Shown: piece after piece, positions 1 to 14,856 of the stretch
How the letters are laid out: every line of letters begins with the position of its first letter
How positions within the stretch are numbered: position 1 is the first letter of the stretch
From: Octopus sinensis
Lineage: Eukaryota
DNA: 64,000 nt
Assembly (NCBI RefSeq): GCF_006345805.1
Contig: NC_043008.1
Coordinates: forward strand, 32,178,001-32,242,000
Direction of reading: 5' to 3'
Position numbers and translations under genes: made by a program
Notes under the pieces: model-generated
Database searches by the model: none
What the model was told of the DNA's origin: nothing
The model's input: only the letters and a program-made list of their open reading frames with translations

Positions 1-714
1 GGTGTAAAGGTGTAAATGAGGGCATACAAGAATGGAAAGCAGAGATAGAAAGATGGTGTAATTACACCAAATGCATAGTTAAAATGAAGTATTGGGTAAA
101 AAGTAGAAAAGACATACAAAAGTGACACAAGAATCAACTGAAAAAGCTATTCGTGGAAAGCAGTCCAAAGAAGTTAGAGGAACTGATGGAATGGTTGTAT
201 GATACGTTCCAAGTACCAACACCACTGCAGATGATTGAACCCAGACGTACAAGTGAGAGGAAAAGAAAACATACAGAGTTCCTGAAAATAGATACCAAGT
301 ACAAAAAATATTAAATTGTACAAAAAATAAAAATAAAAAAAGGGAGTTGGGGTGAATAAAAAAAGTATTGCTAAATAAAATGACACTTCCTAAGAAAAAC
401 TTAAAAGCAGAAATGTTGTCAGGAATTAGTAATAATGGTACACTCCTCCTATGTGATGAAAGGAATAACCTAGTCACTATAAGTAAGATAATTGTATCTT
501 TACTAGTTTTACTAAATTTACTGTATACCGATGTGGGTGTTATAACAATCCAACATTTTAAGGATATAACAAATACTGACTGGCACTACCTACAAAGAAA
601 GAAAGGTGACAGAGAATTGCTAAATGAAGAAGACATTGTTAATACTGCGATACTGGGTCTGAAAAATTATGCTCTGCAGAGTAAAAAAAGAATACCCAAG
701 AAGTGACTGAAACA

Positions 715-1445
715 GTAAAAGAATTCAAAGAGAATAGGAAGAACAATAGAACAAGGAAATGGTAAGAAATGGCACTACATAGTCAATTCATGGAAAAAAC
801 CAAGAATGTTGGAAGTAAAGATTGCTGGCTCTGGCTGATAGACAGGAATATGAAATGAGAGGCAGAAAAGCTTATAACAGCTGCTCAGGAACAAGCTCTT
901 TGAACAAATCTGCTAAAGGTAAGGATTGACAAAACTCATTCAGACAGCAAATGTAGAATCTGCAAGAAGGGAGTGCAGTATACTAGCAAGAAATGAGTGT
1001 GAGCACAAACATGACTGTGTAGGCAAACAAGTGCATTGGGGTGTTAACCGAGTGTGTGACTTCAAAACAACAGAAAAGTAGTATGAACACAAACAAGATA
1101 CTGTGATAGGAAATGAGAATTACAAGGTCTTGGGAGTCTTCGCCATAAAGACTGACCATACTATTGAAACAAGAAGGCTGGATATGATCATAAAAGACAA
1201 AATAAACAGTGTGAGATCATAGATTTTGCAATTCCCTATGATAGCAGTATTGAAATCAAAGAAATTGAAAAAATTGAGAAATATTAAGATCTAGCCAGAG
1301 ATCTGGGGAGATTGTGGAAGACCAAGACAACAATTATTCCTGTAGTGAGTGGTGCATTTGGCATGACACTCAAAATGCTACTTCAAAGTACCATCCTATA
1401 TTCTGTATGAATCCTAAGGAAGATCCTTGAGATTTGAGGAGACTT
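715..1445 (+). mobile_element. R4/Dong-like (RLE-type) LINE, 3' fragment, decayed
   Basis: Manual translation gives W*EMALHSQF...WLWL...ITAAQEQAL*TN...SKCRICK, then RRLDMII and KY*DLA.DL.RLW remnants. Followed by a (TAA)n tract. Confidence 0.8.
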
Positions 1446-1536
1446 GTTGAGATCATACATCAAGATAAAATGCCTGTTAACTAAATTAGCACATACTGGA
1501 GTAATAATAATAATAATAATAATAATGATAATAATA

Positions 1537-2225
1537 GCTTTGGCCACGAACTGGAGGGTCAACCTGAGGAAGGAGCAAGTGTCTTTGCTGTGCTACATCT
1601 GTAGTAGAGTGGATGAAACCATTGCCCATATCACGAATGAATGCTCTAGACTTGTCCAAAACCACTACAAGTTATGGTGACACAACCAGGTAGCAAAAGT
1701 GCTACATTGGAAACTGTGTGAAAAGTGGGGACTAGAGAGAAGCACAGAGTACAAACCACAGAGAGCGGTGGACTTGGAGACTAGCAAAATCCTCTGGGAT
1801 TTCCCAATCCAAACAGATCAGGTGCTAGAGCATAACAGACAAGGTGCACTACATATGCTATATAGTTGATGCTGCTTGCCCCTTTGAACCATGAATAGTT
1901 AAGAAGGAAAGCAAAAAGATAGATGGATAGTATGGTCAGCCTCTTAAGTACGAAATAGCCTGGCTATGGAAAACGGAGGTGAAGATAGTGCCAATTATTG
2001 TTGGGTCCTTGGAAACAGTATAAGAAGGCATCAAAGGGAATATAAAGGAAATTGGAATAGAGTGCCCAGTAGAAATGTTACAAAAGATTTGCTTCCTTGG
2101 TACGGCCAGAATAATCAGGAAAGTATTAGATAGCTGAAAAGAAGGAACAGCATGGTACCGTAGGCTGCAGGTAGTAAGCCTGCTATGCATGCAAGACTGC
2201 AGTAGCTCCAACAAAAGCTGTGATA
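1537..2225 (+). mobile_element. Second R4/Dong-like LINE 3' fragment, head-to-tail with the first
   Basis: CYICSRVDETIAHITNECSRLVQNHYK zinc-knuckle, LHWKLCEKW and KILWDFPIQTD RLE motifs, and IVPIIVGSL. Flanked by (TAA)n. Confidence 0.8.
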
Positions 2226-2411
2226 AAGAGATATTAATAATAATAAACTAGGACTCAGTGTTATATAAATACAAGTTTATTACATAATCATTTATCGCAT
2301 TAAGATAGATACATATTTATATATATACATATACACAAGTCTGTTTTGTTGTAGATTCATACATCAATCATATTTTATATAAACAATTTTTCTATTCAGC
2401 TGAAACAACAT

Positions 2412-2451
<40 letters not shown>

Positions 2452-2775
2452 TAATAATAATAATGATAATAATAATAATGATAATAAAGGTTTCAAGTTT
2501 TGGCACAGAACAAGCAGTTTTTGAGGTGAGAAGAAGTCGATTACATCAATCTCCCCAGTGTTCAACTAGTACTTATTTTTATTAACCCTGAAAGGGTGAA
2601 AGGCAAAGTTGACCTCGACAGAATTTGAACTCAGACAGACAAAATACTGCTAAATATTTTGTCCAGTGTGCTAATGATTCTACCAGCTCACTGGAATAAT
2701 ATAAATGATAATAATAATAATATATGCATACATACATACATATATATATATATATAGATATATATATATATATAT

Positions 2776-2873
<98 letters not shown>

Positions 2874-3194
2874 CATATATATATATATATATACACCACA
2901 CACCACACACACACACACACATATATGTTATAAATGTTTCATATTATTTGAACACACTTGTTTTTGTTTTACTCTGTTAGTATTTGCAACTCACTCAGAC
3001 GGAGCATTGTTTAAACAAAGGCCAGCTCTGATTGAGCACACCTATGTACAAAAACAGGCCAATCCTGATCATAATGCTCTATATTTTTTCATTTATACAT
3101 AATGTATACCTAAATCTTCAATATGCAATACATCCTTAAAAAAAGAAACATAATACATTAGGGTGTGAGAGCTTTGGCTTCTATTTCTCTCAAG

Positions 3195-3660
<466 letters not shown>

Positions 3661-4114
3661 TAATATATAAAAAATAAATGAATAATGATAAAGATTTGTA
3701 TCATAATAATAAGTAAAATTAATACAAGTAGTAATAATAATATTAGTGATAACAATACTAAAACAAATAAGGCGTCGTTCATACACCGGGGTGATAGATG
3801 TGTTTGAATACTCATTTTATATTCTCTGTCTGTCTCTCTCTCTCTCACATACACACTCTCACAAACATATGCACCATGCACATGCATGTTCTCTTTCAAT
3901 CATATTCACACACACACGCATGCACACACACATACGCACACACACATTGTCATTGTCTCTCTCTCTTTCTCTGTTGTTCATGGTGTTATGTGAGGCTATA
4001 TACAGGTTTCAAATGGTCATGTTAATGTGTAGAACAATAAATATACAATCAATCAAAATAAGACAATAAGACACAATACTCATCATTGTAAATCAACACT
4101 TTTGCATGCATTCC

Positions 4115-4152
<38 letters not shown>

Positions 4153-4216
4153 TACATACACAAATATACACACATATATATATATCTACAAATATACATA
4201 TACATATGTATATATA

Positions 4217-4247
<31 letters not shown>

Positions 4248-4352
4248 GATAAGTAGGTTGATAGATAGACAGATAGAAGATTATATATATATGTATATGT
4301 ATACATATTTATATGCACATATATTTTATATATACAAGTTAAGACCTCTATT

Positions 4353-4424
<72 letters not shown>

Positions 4425-5237
4425 TTATATATGTATATATATATGCACATATATATGTATATATGTATATACCTACATCAATATATGTGTGTGTGTGTGT
4501 GTGTGCATATATATATCTATATATTCATATACACATACATATGGAAACACACCACACACATGCTTGTATATATTTATACATATGTATGTACACACACATA
4601 CACATAATTATATACTTCCATGTAATGTGTGTGTGTGTATATATATATATATATACATATAAATGTACTGTTTTACTCTTTAAATTAGTTTTTACATCTT
4701 AACATTTCCCAGTCTAATAAGTCTTTCCAAAATTTTTACTTTAAAATTATTTACTTTTGTCTGGCATCAGAAACCAACTGTAAAACCATCCATGCGATAG
4801 CAGTGATGCAGTCTGTTCCCTCACTCTATATTATATACTTTGGCTGCATATTTCACATGAAACCAGTGTTCCAAGGTGATCATTGGCCATTTCTTTAATA
4901 GAGGGGGAGTAATTGAAGATATTGAAGCTCTGGTCGATTTATGAACAGTTAGAATAATTTCTCAGCTGGTCTCTGGAACCTTACAATAACAGCTAACTTA
5001 ACCCCCCCCCCCCAAAAAAAAACCCCCAACGTTTTGAAATAGAATTTATAGAGTAAAAATTTTCAAATGTAAAGCATTTAAAATAGTAAAACAGTACCTG
5101 TCATTTCTTTTGTTGTTAATGCTTTCTATAGCATTATAAAACAATGCTTGGCTTGCAGGTGCCTTGTATACACTTCCCTCTTTCTCTCTCTCTCTATACA
5201 TATTTATAGATATATAAATATATATATATACATATAC

Positions 5238-5302
<65 letters not shown>

Positions 5303-5689
5303 CATATATATACATATATACATGTGTGTGTATGTGTATATATATGTATGTAAGTATACACACACACACATTACTGTGTCAGGTCTATCTATTCATGAAA
5401 AAGTTACAAACCATTTTGCAGACAAAAAAACGAAAGACAATTTTCAAAATGAAATGAAACACATAATAAAATAAACAAGTGATGTGATAGTCTTTTTCAT
5501 CGCTCAGCTCAAAGAATCTATTTTCGGTAAATATTCTTTCGTGTATGACAGTAGCACCGTAGTTTGGTGGATTGTTTGATGGTCCAGATTATGAAAGTTT
5601 AGTTGTTCTTTTGATGTATGAAGGGCTGTGAAATAAAAACACAAAAACATTATAAATGAAACAATTGGTTAATTAATTTATTTATTAAC

Positions 5690-5740
<51 letters not shown>

Positions 5741-5744
5741 TATT

Positions 5745-6820
5745 GTCTTTGCATAGCTTCTAATGCTGGAGATGTACTATGGTGTCAGCTGTTCACTACC
5801 AGTTAACTTAGGTAATACCTCTTATTTTTCGAGCACTATCCAGAGTATTCAAATGGTTCCAAAGAGTTACGTTTTCTACAAGTGCTCCACCCTTATTGCA
5901 GCCCCTGTTTCTTCTAGATACTTCTCAAGATTTTCACTCACTGTTCCCAAGGCTATTAATGGTATTACTACCAAATTTTTCAGCGACCACAACTGCTTAA
6001 CTTCTCAAGCTAACCTGTTATATTTATCGACTTTTCTTTCTTCCTTATCGCATACCTTGTTGTCAGATGGGCATGCTATATCTGTGATCCAGCATTGTTT
6101 GTTTTCTTTCTCAATTAACCCTATGTCTAGTTTTCTATCTTCTATCTCATGGTTGCACTGAATCATAAAATCTCATAGGATCTTTGCATTACCATTTTCT
6201 ATGATGCCTTCGAGTTTATGCTCATACCACTTTTTTGCTCTGTCAAGTCCATACTTGTCCAATGGACAACCATTACTATATTGCCATGACATCTCGTATA
6301 TTCTTTCTGGGTTAGTGGCATACATTGACTGGTAATATGCCGTACGGTTTCTCCATTTTGTCCAGAAATTCTGCACTTATCTTATTCTGTACTTGATGTA
6401 ATTGGTTCTTAATGCTTACTCTTAGACAGCACAGATTAGAGCCTCCGTTTTCAGTTTTAAATCACTTTTAGTCATCCATAGCCATCTTTTCCCTCTGTCT
6501 GTCTTATCTTCAACATCCCTATGAAATTGTCCATCTATTCTTTTCTTTATCCACCTATTTTCAGTTTCATTCATTCTCAAATCCTTGTACAGTGCTTTAT
6601 CTTTGCAATCTTCCATCCTACACAAGCCTGACCTTCTTACTTCCAATAATAGTGGTTCTGTGGCATTTTTTACATACCATGCTATGTTGTTTTCTTCTGC
6701 TCTAATGCTGTGCTCACATCCACTCCTCCCTCTCTTTTTCTTGGTACATACAGTCTGTCTGTGTACCTTTTTGGGTAGTGTATCCCTTATCTAGTCAGCA
6801 ATATCCTTGTCTTTCTGTCA
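5745..6820 (-). mobile_element. R4/Dong-like LINE 3' fragment flanked by (TAA)n on both sides
   Basis: DGQFHRD...WLWMTKSDLKLKTEALICA and KWYEHKLEGIIENGNAKIL motifs. (TAA)n on the element strand at 5690-5744 and 6829-6900. Confidence 0.82.
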
Positions 6821-6902
6821 AAGCTGTTATTATTATTACTATTACTATTATTATTGTTGTTGTTGTTGTTGTTGTTATATTATTATTAATACTATTATTA
6901 TT

Positions 6903-7240
6903 AGTGTGTGAAATAGCAGAACAGGCCATCATAGTCACACTGGGATGCAAATATATGAAGCCCATTATACCCATCATGGCTACCTGTCTGATAAGGGTAC
7001 ACAGGCACATCCATCACACCCATATGTGTGCAACATGATGACCTCATATCAAGATAAATGCGAGTTATTTAAGGTTGATGAATAAAACACCCATTTTTCC
7101 AAGGGTAAATTATTCAAACCTCAAAGAATTCTCAGCACATGGATATAATGCTATTCCCAGGGATGCACACATTATCAGTCACTAAGGGACATGCTCCACC
7201 GGTTAAGGTCAAATAAATGACAAACAAATTTTGGCACACG
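6903..7240 (-). mobile_element. Same (TAA)n-flanked repeat, truncated copy 2
   Basis: cccattatacccatcatggctacctgtctgataagggtacac matches the reverse complement of 14685-14730. Its 3' end abuts (TAA)n. Confidence 0.65.
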
Positions 7241-8427
7241 GCCAGCAACTTATTGTAACTTGTAGTAGCTCCCAGACAACATATAGTAAATGTATAGTGA
7301 GCTATAGTGACCATTTATAATAACACAGTGATTTATAGTAACTTCTACTGATTTGTAGTAACCTAGGCCATCTACTACTAATCTATATTGATTTAGTAAT
7401 CTACCATTATGTGATGGGGTTCAAGTTTTTCGGTTATTGAAATTAAGATGGCTAGTATGATGGGAAAAATTGTAGTAATAAGGATAAGATTTTAACTGGC
7501 AAAGGGAGGGGGTTGTACTTTGTCATAAGAATGAGATTTTAGGTAGACCATTTAGTCATAATTATTACAAAGGCTCTACAAAAACCGAAAATTTAAGTAT
7601 ATATATAGTATGAAGTTATATGACATTGATACAATTTTACATTTACAAAATGTGGGATATCTTTGATGTAGCAAAAACTGGGGTGGGACTTAAAAACTGC
7701 GAAAATAAAGTATATGTATAGGGCAGTGTCATAAAGTATCCTGATATAATTATTAGTGACAGAAGCAGTATTAGTACCAAAAGTCAATCTTTATATCCAG
7801 CTTCACGTGGATGTTTTTTAGAACACCGAATACTGTTTATTCGTGACATCAGTGCCTGAAAAGACAGTTTCCATTTCCCCAATTCACTCACAAATCTTGG
7901 TTCAACTCAGCATATCCTAATGGAACACGTATCCTAACATATCCTAACAGAATGCATCATAATACTTCTTATTATAAGATTGTCATAATAACATTAATAC
8001 AGTCCTAGAAATAAATTTATATTTTGTGATTTTTTTACAAAAATAATTTAAATTTATTGAACTTATTAACATTTCACCATAAGAAAATCTATGAGCAGTC
8101 ATCTAGTGCCATATCCCAGAGAAAATTGACACCTGTGGTTCTGGTAAGAGGGGTATTAGCTATTTATTTTTATGATAGTAAATTGCAAGCTAGAATGCTT
8201 GCAGTATATAAAAAATTTTAATCAAAATTACACCCTTAATAAAATAACACAATCCCTTATCTTAATGATTAACTCTGGTCAAAAAGAAAAAAAGAAAGAA
8301 ATAAAACATCAGGGGAAATAACTCCTCTGGAATTTAAATTAACTAAAATTACTTAAAGATAGGATGCAATTGGGAATGTGTTAATAAAGACGCTGTAAAA
8401 TATACCCCGTTTCAATTTGAACAAACC

Positions 8428-8572
8428 AAGGGGTGTTTGTAGCGTCCATCAGCTTTGTTTGCACAATAATCTTTCATTTCTGCTATCTCACATTGTTTTG
8501 ACGAAAGGTTGAAGGTCTGACCATTTGGACATGTTCCAAAATGAATAAACAACCCTTCATGGCATTCATAAT
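8428..8572 (-). repeat. Exact 145-bp copy of coding exon 3 positions 9497-9641
   Basis: Base-by-base comparison shows 145/145 identity, in the same orientation. Confidence 0.97.
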
Positions 8573-9327
8573 TAGTATATTATTCTTATCAAAAGAACAA
8601 AGAAAACTCTCAAACCACCAAAGGTCTTCCTACATGGTTGTTCAATAGCAACCAAATCTTGCTCAAATCGCACCCAACTGAGAAAAAAAGCTGTGATTCT
8701 AAAATAAACAAACTGGATGTTGAAAACTGGGTTGTTCTAATCATACTTTACAAATTAGGGACAGTTAGTCTAAACAACAAAATAATAGCTCCTGAAACAC
8801 TATGTCGTTTGATTTTTTTTCAGATTGTAAGAGACGATGTGAGGGAGAAATTATTGCTATTTGTAACTAGTTGAGTAAATATTCTCTATGTTAAATCACA
8901 TCCTCAACAATACTTCTGGAGAGTCAGAAGCTTGTGATATTTCAAAAAAAAAAATACTCCCAAAATATTCTTCTTTCTTTACATTTTCGACAATCACAAT
9001 GAGGTGTGTGTGTGTGGGGGGGTGATTTAAATCAGCTAAGAGAAGGCTGCTTATATCAGGAATGGAAAATAATTTAAAACAGGGACGGATGGTGGATCAG
9101 ATTTGGAAAGACAAGGGCGTTTAAATCAAAAAGGGATGGTAGCTCAGACGAAGATGAAATGGAAGGAAAGGTGATTTAAATCATGGAAGAATGGTGGTAC
9201 ATTTCAAAAAGAGATCTATGTTAATCACCATTGTACCCAAAATACCTAAAAATGAAACAGAAAATACATGTCATACAAAATTATCAAAATGTGTAAAAGA
9301 TAAGTTAGAATAGGTCAAAATAACATA

Positions 9328-10328
9328 TCATACATACCAATCAAACCATTTGTAACCACATGGCGGACATACATTTTGTGGCAGGTCACATGACCTTGTT
9401 AGCGAATTGAATCGCGTTCCATTCAAGTTATCACTACACTGGGCCACCCGGAGGGTTGTCTGTTGTTTGCATTCAAGGAAGGCAATGCATTTTCCTAAGG
9501 GGTGTTTGTAGCGTCCATCAGCTTTGTTTGCACAATAATCTTTCATTTCTGCTATCTCACATTGTTTTGACGAAAGGTTGAAGGTCTGACCATTTGGACA
9601 TGTTCCAAAATGAATAAACAACCCTTCATGGCATTCATAATACTGGGAGCTTGAAGAATTATAAAGATAAAAGCCAGTCAAACGATTTTCACACAGATTG
9701 TCTTGAATACCGCATGGTTTGAGTTGTGATTGAATTCCCCTCACGCAGCTACGCTTATAAGGGTTGAAAGCATGACCCCTAGAGCATTTATGGAAACTTT
9801 TGAAAACAGATTGTTTGCATTCAAAATAATATGAACAACGACCTGCTAAATCAGCATAGAAGCCATCAGGTCGTTTTACACAACTCGGTGGACTACCCGA
9901 TCCACAGGGAGCAGGAACTTGATCTGGTGATTGGCATATCTTTAAAATTGGGTTGAATGTGAAACCATAATTACATTTATGGAAACCCTGGAATTTAGCG
10001 TTATCGCATTGGAAATAAAAATTACAGCGACCCATTTCATCTGCGTAAAGACCATTAGCACGGATCTTACAGTCAGGTCTCAGCCCTCCATATTCTTTTG
10101 GAACCATGTCATAGGAGACGCACTGATTTTCGATTGGTGAAAATATCGGTATTGGCGATTCACATAAGTCATGCGCAATAGCTCTTTCGTAGTAACACGT
10201 AAAATATTTTGGTGTCCAACTAAATTCATGCTGCGGGTAAATTCCATCAGGTCGGCCTCTACAGCTTCCAAAACGCGAACTGCAAGGTTGGCAATGAGAA
10301 CGAAGACATTGGTTCCTTCGGTATTCAC
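9328..10328 (-). CDS. Coding exon 3: Cys-rich linker plus five CBM14-like domains
   Basis: Acceptor TTTCTTTACATTATAAG|GT at 10329/10328. Manual translation shows the frame is open upstream of the track ORF (9328-10107): (C)EYRRNQCLRSHCQPCSSRFGSCRGRPDGIYP...CVSYDMVPKEYGG. Repeats of C...DG.YAD..G.C..Y..C...C..G..FNP....C follow. Stop TGA at 9330-9328. Exon total 538+216+1001 = 1755 nt = 584 aa plus stop. Confidence 0.9.
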
Positions 10329-10493
10329 CTTATAATGTAAAGAAAGAAAAAGGTGTGATAATAATGAATGAAACAGAAAAGAGAAAAGAAAAAAAAGAGT
10401 TTAAGCAAACTTAAATGAAGAATCTGTTATCTTGAAAAAGGAGAAAAGCTGAATGAAGAAAAGAAAGAACGTTAAGGGCACATTCAAAAAGAG

Positions 10494-10556
<63 letters not shown>

Positions 10557-11078
10557 AGTTTCCAGCTGCTCTTTATGTCACAAGTTTGTAGCTGCTCCCC
10601 CCACTCATCAAATTTCTCAATTAGAATGTCCCTAAATCTCTGACTATATGGAGGATCCTTAAGCTGTCAAATCTTTCTTTTCTGGCCTGGAGTCTAAAGT
10701 CTTTAATGACTAGTCTATGATGCGAGGTACATTTTTCACAAGGGAGAGACTTTGCGTTTAAGAACAACCATGCATCCCGCTGTCTGGTAAGAATGAAATC
10801 TATCTGGCTAGCAGACTCACCTGATTGATAGGTTATCAGATGAGTGGCTGGCTGGTTTCCTGAAGTTGGTGTTGCAGATCAAAGGGTTATTTGCATCACA
10901 CATCTCCAGTAGCCTTGTTCCCTCTTTGTTTACGGAACCGATTCCATGCTCCCATGAACACCATCGTAGATACCGGACTGCCGTCTGACATGCCCATTGA
11001 AATCCCCAGTCACGAAGATAAGATCATTGTTAAAAGTGGCCCTACAATTCATTTAGTAGGCCCACTTGTGGGGCGAAT

Positions 11079-11155
<77 letters not shown>

Positions 11156-13272
11156 CATACATACATACATGCATACATATACATATGCATTTATGCACAC
11201 ATGTGTGTAAATGTGTTTCTGTTTGACTCTATGTCTGAGTAACGTTACTAGGTTTAAAAAACATATTTTTATTTTTGCTGAAAAAGCTGAGAGATGGTAA
11301 GATCAGTAGAGCGCCGGATAGATTTTTCTGGTGACATCTAGTAACATCGTTTTTGCACACCGATTCCAAATCATGCTAGAGTCGACTTTGATTTTCATTT
11401 TCCTATGTTCGGCAGTTGAAGCAAATCGTTGTGTTCTTAGAAATCATTGTATTGGGCAAATCGGTAGACTGTCGTAGTTATCCCCCTTTATACTTTCAAT
11501 TCAGACTCCTCTGTAGCTAAATTGATATCATATTTTCAGGGTCGGTAAAACAAAATACCAGCCAAGCTGGAGATTCTATATCATTAACTGTTCCTTCTAC
11601 TCATCCAAGTCTGTGACATTGTACCAATGTGTTAGTTCCTTTTGCAGGTCGTGTTAAAGTTGTGGGAGACAGTGCAGTCAGCAGCTAAGTTTGACTTCTG
11701 TTAAGCCGATGCTTGTAAAGAATAAGGTGGAGGAAGACTTTCAGTGAGTGGCAATTGCCATGGAGACAAGGATTCCGGTGAAATATTTAAAGAAGAGATT
11801 AAGGTGAATTAGGTTGGCTTCGGGAAAGGGAAGTGATACAGAGCTTGCCGGATCAGAGGGGAACGAGAACTATGATTGTTGTGGTAGTAATAGTACAACG
11901 TATATGATATCGCAAACTAAAAAAAAAACAAAAACACTTTGTGAGATACGATGATGGGTTTTCAGTTGTTTTATCAGTTGAACTACTTGCTCATTGCATA
12001 AGCATTAGAAGTGGCTGAGTATTCTTCGGGTATTATGAGGAATATAGCATCTCATTGAAACAGCAGTGGTTGTTATTGTTTAACAAATCTCTTAAGATCA
12101 AAGATGTCCCATCTGTGATCATTCCACCATTTTTTAAACACGGAGTATCTCGGACTATATTATCTGATGCATCTTTCCATCGTTTACGTTTTGCATGCTG
12201 GTAGTGTATGGTTTAAGAGATTTAATCACTATTTCTGGCATGTAAAGCGACAACATAGAAGCAGTTGAAATATTTCACAAACGTATTTTAACTAACCGAA
12301 ATTTTGATTATACCTGTACTTGGTTTGATATTAAGACTGAAAAAAACCGACCTTGTCTGTAAAAAGATCTTGGGCCTGGGTTTGCCCCCTCCCCTCTTAA
12401 GCGAATTTCGTTCCCGCACTTATACTGCCAGCAAAAGTAGTTACCAGAATACGGCTGAGAATGGTCTTAGAGCCAAAAGTGAGAGTCAGGTGAGAGCCAG
12501 TGCTACCATCCATCTTTAAAGATGCTGCTGTCTGAACTAAATCTAGAGTATTCTCTCCACCTGAACACCCTAGGAGGGAGAGTGAAGGAGAGGTAGACAG
12601 AAAATCCAGGTCTGACAACATCAAGGATCGATGTAATCCAGAAACATTTTTGTGCGAAGCAGTAACGCTGTATTAAATATGCGAATTGTACTCTAGTGTA
12701 TGTCGGACGCATGATCTGTAGAGGATCGACAATTCTAAATTATGATCTACGCGTGGCCTTGTGATAAGGAGTTTGCTCTCCAACCACGTGGTCCTGAGTT
12801 CAGTCCCAGTCTCTTGGGAAAATGTTTTCTACTATACATATATTTGAAAAAATTCATATTGTGATTGTTGTTTGTATTTGCAAAATTTATCAAACTGAAA
12901 GTGTAAACAAAATGTTTACATTTTAATTTTGATAATTCTTACAAATATTTACCAATAACAATTACAATACGAATTTTTCAAAAATATCCATTAAAACTTC
13001 GTTTTGGTTACATATTTATAACTACGTGCGCCCGTACGTACACACACACACACACACACACACAGGTTTTAAATTCTGGTACAAGACCAGTAATTTCGAG
13101 GGAAGAGTAAGTCAATTATATTGACCACAGTGCTCAACTGGTACCAGTTTTATCGACCCCCACGGATGAAACGCAAAGCCGACCTCGGCAGAATTTAAAC
13201 TCAGAATGTAAAGAAAGACAGACGAAATGCCGCTAAGCATTTTGCCAACGTATCAAAGATTGTGTCTGGTTA

Positions 13273-13304
<32 letters not shown>

Positions 13305-13499
13305 CGCTGTTCGTAGGAAAGGTTTGCAAATCAAGGAGGAAGGTGAAATAAAATAAAACACGATAAAATGCAATGAAAAGTAGTAGAGTACAAAGAAGTA
13401 CGAGGAGGTTTAACCTTTCGTAATAGATTTATGGATATAAATGTTTTAAAATGGATAAGATGTAAGAGATTAAGGATATATAGAATTTTATGGAATTAC

Positions 13500-13763
13500 G
13501 ATACAGGGGCACACGCTTAGACACTACCTCTCAAACACCTCGGAGTTAAAGAACATCTCCACAAGGCCAGACCACCCACCGCCATGTTCCAACACCACCA
13601 GCATAGCGGTGGGAATTTCTCTACTCAGATACAAGCAAGGGGGACGGATGCAGTTAACCTCAAGATCACAGAGGCACATTTCATTAGGAAGAAGGCACCT
13701 AACATAAACTGCCGTAATGAGTTAGATGCATGGGAACACATCTACAGCTTTCAGGATCTTTAA
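13500..13763 (+). mobile_element. Penelope-like GIY-YIG endonuclease C-terminal fragment
   Basis: Manual translation VKEHLHK...AMFQHH...NLKITEAHFIRKKAPNINCRNEL matches the KEH...EA.FI...P.IN pattern. Confidence 0.65.
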
Positions 13764-14229
13764 CCGGCACCGGCAATAGAGAAAGAATGAAGAAAATAAG
13801 GATGAAAAATGTTTGAAAAATCATTGATTCGAAAGCGTCAACGAAATAAGCTATAACATCCAACAACAAAGCTCTCTATAGGTCACACACCACATGTAGG
13901 TTAATGTATGCGTGTATGTATGTATGTATGTATGCATGTGTGTGTGTATATAACAACAGCAACAATAATGATTTCAAATTTTTGCCACATGAGCATCTTG
14001 GGTGAGGGGATTACATTGACCCCAGCGCATAACTGGTACTTATTTAATCGACCTCGAAAGGATGAAAGGTAAAGTCGACCTCGGCGAAATTTGAACTCAG
14101 AACGTAGCGACGGGTGAAATACCGCCAAGCTTTTCGTCTAACATGCTAATGATTCTGCCAGCTCGCCGCCTTAATAACAACAGCAACAACAACATCAACA
14201 ACAATAATAATAATAATTATTATAATGAT

Positions 14230-14768
14230 AATGATAAATGCCCTGATACAGTACCAGGCAGTGGCTCTCATGGCTTCTGATCATATGTGATTGGAAGCGT
14301 TATCATATACATTGTTTTGTCTTAGTATAAAAGATGGATTGCAGCAAATATTCTGCTCAATACCAAAAGATTTGCTTGTCAGTTGCTTGACCTTAACTAG
14401 TTGAGCATGTCCCTTTGTGACTGATGATATGAGCATATATCAGATGTAGTGGAGGAGCATCATAGCCATGTGTTGAGAGGAATTCTTTGGGGTTTGGATA
14501 ATTCATCTTTGTAAACATGGGTGCGTTGTTCATCATCTTTAAACAACACTTATTCAGGGATCTTTTTTTTTGGGATGGGCTACTCAACCTGAAGAAAATT
14601 CTGAGTCCCACCTGCAAGGTCATGCACTGTTTATCTTGATATGAGATCACAATGTCATGCACATATGGTTGTGATGCATGTGCCTGGTGTACCCTTAACA
14701 GACGGGTAGTCATGATGGGTATACTGGGGTTCGTATATTTTACACCAGTGTTACTTTTATGGCATGCA
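14230..14768 (+). mobile_element. Non-coding (TAA)n-flanked interspersed repeat, copy 1
   Basis: About 540 bp between (TAA)n tracts. Its 3' half is the reverse complement of 6903-7240. Confidence 0.65.
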
Positions 14769-14820
14769 CTGCTCTCTCAATAATGATAATTATATATATA
14801 TATATATATTATATATATAT

Positions 14821-14856
<36 letters not shown>

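Noticed and set aside
1-706. ORF 368-706 and purine-rich upstream sequence as a host gene
   Set aside because: No domain or splice support, and it abuts a LINE fragment, so it is probably decayed retroelement sequence.
10080-10328. 82-aa ORF MNTEGTNVFV...
   Set aside because: It is an alternative frame over true exon 3. The CBM14 frame is open across the same bases.
14415-14460. CTGATGA as a hammerhead core in the (TAA)n-flanked repeat
   Set aside because: No downstream GAAA or compatible stems.
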